NCBI GenBank assembly: GCA_965116925.1
Contig: OZ220744.1
Coordinates: 1,024,001-1,088,000 of the forward strand
Length of the DNA stretch: 64,000 bases
From: Candidatus Poribacteria bacterium
GTDB taxonomy: Bacteria > Poribacteria > WGA-4E > PCPOR2b
Reading direction: 5' to 3'
Shown: positions 58,018 through 64,000 of the stretch, in pieces
Numbering within the stretch: position 1 is the stretch's first letter
Layout: the number at the start of each line of letters is the position of its first letter
The notes under the pieces: generated by a model
The model's database searches: none
What the model was told of the DNA's origin: nothing
Seen by the model: only the letters and a program-made list of their open reading frames with translations
Translations under genes and position numbers: made by a program

Positions 58018-58265
58018 GCCTGACGATGCAGCCAAGATTCCGGCACAAGAAAACAGACGAATCTGCTCGAGAATGAATTTGTAGTGTCGGCACCGGGGTA
58101 GCCGTGCAACCAACCTTCGGAACGAGATGTAGGATTTTATGATAAATTCTGCTGTCGGAATTATAACCCCTTCTAGAGGTATCCAAATCGAGATGTTACA
58201 ACAGTTGTCTTTTTTGCGGCTCGCGAGCAGGCTTTTGTTTTTTATGGATGGTTACATACTAACAT

Positions 58266-59129
58266 GTGCATGCGCTAGGTATAGATTTCGTGCAATCTTT
58301 ATCATGTCAATCTTCCAATCAATTTAAAGCGCGTCTAATTGCGGCACCTGAAAAATCCCCGCGCCGCGTCGGGCGTTATTTAACAATTAGTATAACATGT
58401 GTGATTGGACTACTTTTCATTCACTATTCGACATTAAAGGTTGGCTTTTTTCGTGTGAAGGAAATTTCCGTTTCTGGCAATGAGCATTATACCCAAAAAG
58501 AAGTGATTGCCGCTTTAGATTTAAGTTCTCACCAGAGTGATGTGCATACCATTTCAAGGGCTGTAGTTGAACAACGTCTGAAACAAAAACTCAGTTACGT
58601 CAAACAAGCGCATCTTTCAAAAAGCATTCTGAAACGTTCTTTGACGCTTGAAATAACCGAAAGAAAACCAATTGCATTGTTGGAATATCCCGAAAATAGC
58701 CCGATTCGCTTTGTACTGGTTGATCTTGAAGGTTATGTGTTAGAATATATCGAATCGCTGCCGGCTTCCAGTTCGATCGTTACGATTGTCAGTCCTGAAC
58801 AGCAAGTGCCTAGTATGGGAGATCGAGTGGAGGTTGATAGCATTCAACTTGCCCTCAACGTGCTAAATTTGGCTTTGAGACTGGCTCCGGAAATTATACC
58901 TACGCTACAAACAATTGATACAAATCGACCAGATAAGATTACTCTCCAATTTAGCAATCTCCCTATCGTATGGATTTCATCAGATTTTATTGAAACTGGC
59001 ATTTATCATATTGGCTTATTTATAAAAGATCAAACGACGCTTATGGAGAAAGGGCAACATACTTCAAATCCTCTTGATGGTTATTTGGACGCTAGATTCA
59101 AAGACGCCATATATTGGGGAGGACGATAA
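58266..59129 (+). CDS. ftsQ: Cell division protein FtsQ/DivIB (start uncertain)
   Basis: Single TM, POTRA (F.VKEI.VSGN), I.ERKP.A, LVD.EG.VL, YLDARF; directly upstream of ftsA. Confidence 0.85.
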   Translation: MHALGIDFVQSLSCQSSNQFKARLIAAPEKSPRRVGRYLTISITCVIGLLFIHYSTLKVGFFRVKEISVSGNEHYTQKEVIAALDLSSHQSDVHTISRAVVEQRLKQKLSYVKQAHLSKSILKRSLTLEITERKPIALLEYPENSPIRFVLVDLEGYVLEYIESLPASSSIVTIVSPEQQVPSMGDRVEVDSIQLALNVLNLALRLAPEIIPTLQTIDTNRPDKITLQFSNLPIVWISSDFIETGIYHIGLFIKDQTTLMEKGQHTSNPLDGYLDARFKDAIYWGGR

Positions 59130-59130
59130 A

Positions 59131-60372
59131 ATGGCTGGAGAAGAAATTATTGTTGGCCTAGACATCGGCACTAGCAAAATTGCTGCGATTATCGGGAATA
59201 CTTGGCAGGGCGATCCGGAAAAAATTGAGATTATAGGTGTTGGGACCGCCCCTTCTGAAGGATTACGGAAGGGAGTTGTTGTCGACATAGATCTCACCAC
59301 AACGGCGATTCGTCAAGCCGTTGAAACCGCTGAACTCATGGCAGGCGTGCAGATTGGATCTGTATATGCCGGCATCGCAGGAGGGCATATCACCGGGCAA
59401 ACCTCTCACGGTCTCGTTGCCGTTTCAGGAGAAGGTCACGAGATTACACAATCCGATGTAGAACGCGCAATCAATGCTGCCCAAGCAATGAAGATTCCTG
59501 TTGAACGGGAAATACTCCATGTGATTCCGCAAGGCTTTATTGTTGACGAACAGAACGGAATTAAGGATCCGGTCGGGATGTCTGGGGTTCGTCTTGAAGC
59601 CTATGTTCATATTATTACCGGTGCCGTTGCGTCGGCACAGAACCTTGTGAAAAGTATCTATAATGCCGGGATTTCCGTTGAAGACATTATTTTAGAACCT
59701 ATTGCTTCTGCTGAGGCGGTCCTAACGCCTGAGGAGAAGTCAGTGGGTGTTGCTCTCGCCGACATGGGTGGAGGTACCACAGATGTTGTCATTTACAAAG
59801 ATGGTACACTTCATCATTCCGCAGTGCTCTCACTTGGCGGTCATCATATCACCAATGACATTGCACAACTGTTAAAGATAACGCCACAAGATGCAGACAA
59901 AATTAAACTGCGCTACGGTTGTGCATCGGTTGACTTTGTGGATCAGAATGATGCTATTCCAATTTCAACGGTTGGGGGAGTACACAAACCGCGTTTCATC
60001 ACTCGACGAGATTTGGCAGAGATTATTCAGTGTCGTATGGACGAATTCTTAAATCTAATTGGTCAGGAAATCTACAACTGCAACCTCACCATTCCGGCTG
60101 GAGTGGTACTTACCGGTGGGACTGCGCTTCTTGATGGACTGCTGGAATCAGCCGAACAGGCTTTTCCCTCTCCAGTGCGGGTTGGATACCCGTGCCCACT
60201 GAAGGGATTAACGGAAAAAATACATAGTCCAGTCTATGCAACAGGTGTTGGACTTGTTCTTGCCGGGGCGATGGAGCATTATCGGGCCCCCAAAAGAACC
60301 TTTATCAAAGGAACGAACCTGTTCGATCAAATTTTCAAACGCATGAAACGTTGGTTCCAAGACTGGTTGTAA
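59131..60372 (+). CDS. ftsA: Cell division protein FtsA
   Basis: GLDIGTSK, GLRKG, P.GMSGVRL, DMGGGTT, LTGG, C-terminal amphipathic helix FKRMKRWF. Confidence 0.97.
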   Translation: MAGEEIIVGLDIGTSKIAAIIGNTWQGDPEKIEIIGVGTAPSEGLRKGVVVDIDLTTTAIRQAVETAELMAGVQIGSVYAGIAGGHITGQTSHGLVAVSGEGHEITQSDVERAINAAQAMKIPVEREILHVIPQGFIVDEQNGIKDPVGMSGVRLEAYVHIITGAVASAQNLVKSIYNAGISVEDIILEPIASAEAVLTPEEKSVGVALADMGGGTTDVVIYKDGTLHHSAVLSLGGHHITNDIAQLLKITPQDADKIKLRYGCASVDFVDQNDAIPISTVGGVHKPRFITRRDLAEIIQCRMDEFLNLIGQEIYNCNLTIPAGVVLTGGTALLDGLLESAEQAFPSPVRVGYPCPLKGLTEKIHSPVYATGVGLVLAGAMEHYRAPKRTFIKGTNLFDQIFKRMKRWFQDWL

Positions 60373-60415
60373 TAGCAAGATATGGTTGAGGTTTTGTAGT
60401 GTCCGCAAAAAAGTG

Positions 60416-60444
60416 TTGACTTTAATTTGGTGGCTCTCTATAAT
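60416..60444 (+). promoter_or_regulatory. sigma70-type promoter dedicated to ftsZ
   Basis: TTGACT-17 bp-TATAAT, preceded by an A-tract. Confidence 0.75.
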
Positions 60445-60589
60445 CTGAAGATAGGGTGTAGGTCGAAATGTTTCGTGCATCTTCCGTAATTTGCGGAGGT
60501 GTCGCTTTACACTAACATCTTGATACTCGGGCGCGCTCAAAACAAGGAGGAATTAGGTTGCTCCGTCGATAGGAGTACAACTGAAAGTT

Positions 60590-61828
60590 ATGAACGATAA
60601 TGTAATCGAGTTTGTTGAACAGGATGAATTTTCAAATGTCGCTCGTATCAAAGTCATTGGCGTTGGGGGTGGAGGCAGCAACGCAGTCAGGCGCATGATT
60701 GAGGCTGAGTTAGCGGGTGTGGAATTCTATGTAGTCAACACCGATGTTCAGGCACTTAGAGCGTGTCATAATGCAACCCGGGTGCAGATTGGCGAAAATA
60801 CGACGGGGGGCCTCGGTGCTGGGGCAAACCCGGAAGCAGGGCGTAAGGCAGCGGAGGAAAGCAAGGAAAACCTCCGAAGTATTGTTGAAGACGCAGACAT
60901 GGTATTTGTAACGGCGGGGATGGGAGGCGGTACGGGTACAGGCGCAGCACCAATTATTGCGGGGCTGGCTAAGGAAACAGAGGCATTAACGATTGGTGTT
61001 GTTACGCGTCCGTTTACCTTTGAGGGTAGACAACGTGCTATTCAGGCAGAGGCTGGCGTGAATGAAATGCGCGAGAATACAGACTCCGTTATCGTTATTC
61101 CGAACCAGCGTCTCATGGAAGAGGCAGATCGGAATCTGCCGATAAAAATGGGGTTCCGCATGGGAGACGAGATCTTACTACATGCCGTTCAGAGTATTTC
61201 CGATCTCATCATGGTTCCCGGCGAAATTAATCTTGACTTTGCTGATGTCAAGACGATTATGTCTAATGCTGGTGGCGCACTAATGGGGATTGGTATGGGA
61301 ACTGGTGACAATCGTGCCCAAGGGGCAGCCAAGCGTGCTATCCTTTCGCCGTTATTGGAAGAAAACTCTATTGAGGGGGCAACTGGAATTATCGTGAATA
61401 TCACAGGACCCAGTGATATGGCGATGCACGAATTAGAAGATGCCATGGAGGTTATCAGAGAGGCTTCGGATACGGAGCAGGTAATTTTTGGACTTGCTTA
61501 TGACGATAGCTTGGAAGATGAACTGCGTGTAACTGTAATCGCAACTGGATTTGACCCGCAAACCCGAAGCAGTCGGCAGCAAGCAGGGCAGGGCGACATT
61601 GTGAATTTGGAAGAGTTCTTGGGACGTAATTTCCCACGGGCTGACCGAGACGCACGCGTCCAAGGCAATTCGGGGCAAGCCGGGTATAATCAAAAAAGTC
61701 CAGATTCTTTTAGACAGGACTCGGAACTGCCATCGGATCAATCTTCAGGCAACGTAGTCAGGCCTGATGAAGAGCTATTAGATATCCCGGCATTTTTGCG
61801 AGTCCGCAATCAGAAAGAAAGAAAATAG
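60590..61828 (+). CDS. ftsZ: Cell division protein FtsZ
   Basis: GVGGGG.NAV, NTD, GLGAGA, GGGTGTG, PF.FEG, NLDFAD, C-terminal DIPAFLR. Confidence 0.98.
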   Translation: MNDNVIEFVEQDEFSNVARIKVIGVGGGGSNAVRRMIEAELAGVEFYVVNTDVQALRACHNATRVQIGENTTGGLGAGANPEAGRKAAEESKENLRSIVEDADMVFVTAGMGGGTGTGAAPIIAGLAKETEALTIGVVTRPFTFEGRQRAIQAEAGVNEMRENTDSVIVIPNQRLMEEADRNLPIKMGFRMGDEILLHAVQSISDLIMVPGEINLDFADVKTIMSNAGGALMGIGMGTGDNRAQGAAKRAILSPLLEENSIEGATGIIVNITGPSDMAMHELEDAMEVIREASDTEQVIFGLAYDDSLEDELRVTVIATGFDPQTRSSRQQAGQGDIVNLEEFLGRNFPRADRDARVQGNSGQAGYNQKSPDSFRQDSELPSDQSSGNVVRPDEELLDIPAFLRVRNQKERK

Positions 61829-61850
61829 GTTTGCCCTCGCCAAAATTATT

Positions 61851-63581
61851 ATGCAACGAGTTTTACGCCAAACCTATCAGGAGCTCCTCAAGGCAGAGCA
61901 CCGTCCACACTTCAATTTTAGAAAAGCAAATCGGTTCGCGCTAATCTACCCGGGGGCTTACTCCCTTGGTATGTCAAGCCTTGGACTTCAGGTTATCTAT
62001 TCTCTCCTTAACCAGCGCGACGATACCTCCTGCGAACGTGCATTCCTTCCCGAACCGCAGATTGTTCGTCAACTCGATGACCGTCGGACCACACTATTTT
62101 CCTTTGAAACACAGACCCCACTCAATCAATTCGATCTGCTCGGATTTTCCGTCTCATTTGAATCGGATTACGTTAATATTCCCACCACGTTAGAGATGGC
62201 ACGGCTTGAACCCCTTGCTGCCGATAGGACTGATGCCGATCCACTCGTTATGGCGGGCGGGATCAATATCTCCTATAACCCCGAACCGATAGCTGATTTC
62301 ATTGATGTGTTCGTCGTTGGCGAAGCAGAAATGACTATCCACTATCTTATGGATATTTTTGGGGAGTGGAAAGAAGCGCGGGCATCTAAAGAGGACTTGC
62401 TGTGGGAACTTGCGACGGTTCCCGGGCTCTATGTCCCACGTTTTTATGAGGTCGATTATAACGACGAAGGGGGCATCGAAGAGATGCGGGCAAAATCACC
62501 TGCCCCAGCTCGCATTCGGTCCGGTGCGATTCCGAGCCTTGATGAAGCCGAAACTTGCACGAAAATCCACACACCGAACACAGAGTTTTCTAACGCACAC
62601 CTAATTGAGATTGTCCGCGGCTGCGGCCGGCAATGCCGTTTCTGCGTGGCGGACTATGCTCGGCGGTGGCCCAGACGTCGATCTGTAGAGAACACCCTTC
62701 AACTCGCCGAACAAGCCCGTGGTATTACAGATCGAATCGGTCTAGTAGGAGCCTCAATCTCTGATCACCCGGATATTGATGAGATTGCGAGCGGACTAGT
62801 TGAAAGAGGGTTCCGCATTTCCTGCGCTTCCTTACGGGCAGAAACGGTGCGGCCTCCCTTGCTCGACGCACTGGCTGACAGTGAACAAGGCACAATCACG
62901 ATTGCTCCAGAGGTCGCCACCGAAAATCTACAAAAAGTTGTCAACAAAGCTATCCCGCGTGAACGTCTGTATCATGTCCTTGAAGAAGCTGTCAAGCGGG
63001 ACATCCTCAACCTTCGCCTTTATTACCTAATTGGTGTTCCCTACGAGACCCCCACCGATGTCGAAGCCATTATTGATATGGCAAAGGAAATGCGATCTAT
63101 CGTTCTGCCTTACGCTAAAAAGTCGGGCAGGATGGCGCAGATCGGTTTCACCATTTCTCCGATGGTTCCTAAACCCCACACGCCCTTCCAGTGGGTGCCG
63201 ATGGAAGATCCGAAGACAATCTCTCGCAAACTCACGTTCCTAAAAAAAGAGTTGGGACGCATTGGTGGAATGAAATTCTCCTCAGCGAGTGCTCGGCTCG
63301 CCTATCAAGAGGCGGTGTTTGCCAGAGGAGACCGACGGCTGAGTGGGGTCATCTTAGACCTCGCTAGAGGAGGAGCGTGGAAAGCTACCTTCCGCAAACA
63401 TGGTTTAGACCCCGATTTTTATGCCCTCCGTCCCCGCTCGATCGGCGAGTTCAACCCGTGGGATTACCTTGATCTTAATGTCAAGCCAGAGTTCCTGCGC
63501 CTCGAACACAATAAGCACGAAAAGCGGTTCATGACAAGCCCATGCGATACCACCGTTTGTAAGAAGTGTGGCGCGTGCTAA
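61851..63581 (+). CDS. B12-binding-like radical SAM protein (TIGR03960-like)
   Basis: YP..Y..GMS.LG, NPEP.ADF.D, RGCGRQCRFC, APE, PKPHTPFQW, C-terminal C....C..CG.C. Confidence 0.82.
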   Translation: MQRVLRQTYQELLKAEHRPHFNFRKANRFALIYPGAYSLGMSSLGLQVIYSLLNQRDDTSCERAFLPEPQIVRQLDDRRTTLFSFETQTPLNQFDLLGFSVSFESDYVNIPTTLEMARLEPLAADRTDADPLVMAGGINISYNPEPIADFIDVFVVGEAEMTIHYLMDIFGEWKEARASKEDLLWELATVPGLYVPRFYEVDYNDEGGIEEMRAKSPAPARIRSGAIPSLDEAETCTKIHTPNTEFSNAHLIEIVRGCGRQCRFCVADYARRWPRRRSVENTLQLAEQARGITDRIGLVGASISDHPDIDEIASGLVERGFRISCASLRAETVRPPLLDALADSEQGTITIAPEVATENLQKVVNKAIPRERLYHVLEEAVKRDILNLRLYYLIGVPYETPTDVEAIIDMAKEMRSIVLPYAKKSGRMAQIGFTISPMVPKPHTPFQWVPMEDPKTISRKLTFLKKELGRIGGMKFSSASARLAYQEAVFARGDRRLSGVILDLARGGAWKATFRKHGLDPDFYALRPRSIGEFNPWDYLDLNVKPEFLRLEHNKHEKRFMTSPCDTTVCKKCGAC

Positions 63582-63637
63582 GTACAGTACCCGACTAGAG
63601 GCTCGTTTTCCGATTTCATCAACATACCCAATTTCTG

Positions 63638-64000
63638 TTACTCAGTACATTCGCTCAACGCTTTTCGCATTAACTGTCCCCGCGCAACGTAGCCTTCCCT
63701 CCCCGATCGTACACGCTCCAAATCTGCCTCAGTAACCTCTCGCCTAACCTGTGCTGGAAGACCCATTGCCAATGTATCTGGCGGAATCTCCTGCCCCTCT
63801 CGTACAACTGCACCCGCAGCAATGATCGATCTCTCACCGATCTTGGCACCAGTCAGGATTGTTGCTCCCATTGAAATCATTGCACCATCGCCAACTGTGC
63901 AGCCGTGGATGATTGCGCCGTGACCGATTGTGACATCGTCTCCAATCACACAGGGAAAGCCCGGATCGAGATGTACAACCGTACCATCTTGAATATTCGT
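63638..64000 (-). CDS. Gamma carbonic anhydrase family protein (partial)
   Basis: NIQDG.VVH...IGDDVTIGHGAIIHGC hexapeptide repeats; runs off the window edge. Confidence 0.9.
   Translation of the reverse strand, partial: TNIQDGTVVHLDPGFPCVIGDDVTIGHGAIIHGCTVGDGAMISMGATILTGAKIGERSIIAAGAVVREGQEIPPDTLAMGLPAQVRREVTEADLERVRSGREGYVARGQLMRKALSECTE

Noticed and set aside
58020..58140. Possible structured ncRNA between the RHH gene and ftsQ
   Set aside because: Only short, weak stems seen and no family recognised.
58139..58327. Short ORF overlapping the ftsQ start, suggesting another frameshift
   Set aside because: ftsQ has in-frame GTG starts upstream of its TM helix, so no shift is required.
1..64000. 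CRISPR array, tRNA or rRNA genes
   Set aside because: No regularly spaced direct repeats, and no cloverleaf or rRNA-like segments recognised by eye.

Overview
Bacterial chromosomal segment with about 55 genes. It is probably from Candidatus Poribacteria or a related lineage; this is inferred from five PhyH-family dioxygenases, four Gfo/Idh/MocA oxidoreductases and a secreted LamG protein ending in KLATTWGDIK, and was not checked by a search. Housekeeping genes (ppx, glpK, rimI, nadA, holA, purH, mqnA/mqnE and a partial dcw cluster murD-ftsW-murG-murC-ftsQ-ftsA-ftsZ) are interleaved with catabolic genes. Accessory elements include: (1) a 1305-bp tnpB-only IS200/IS605 element whose ends, TAM (TCAC) and guide can be read from the sequence, and which replaced the last codons of a Rieske ferredoxin; (2) two different MITE-like shells carrying the same GTAG-type REP hairpin; (3) an AT-rich type II R-M pair whose nuclease is frameshifted at an A8 run. 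Less expected features: three paralogous TM/coiled-coil mini-proteins followed, in frame across an amber codon, by a start-less cold-shock domain; a ribbon-helix-helix gene with its own near-leaderless promoter inside the dcw cluster; an ftsW whose most plausible start needs a -1 shift at A_AAG_GGG; a uORF/hairpin in the ftsZ leader; and a signal-peptide-bearing DUF62 SAM hydrolase. No rRNA, tRNA or CRISPR array was seen. All calls come from reading motifs by eye; no database searches were run.
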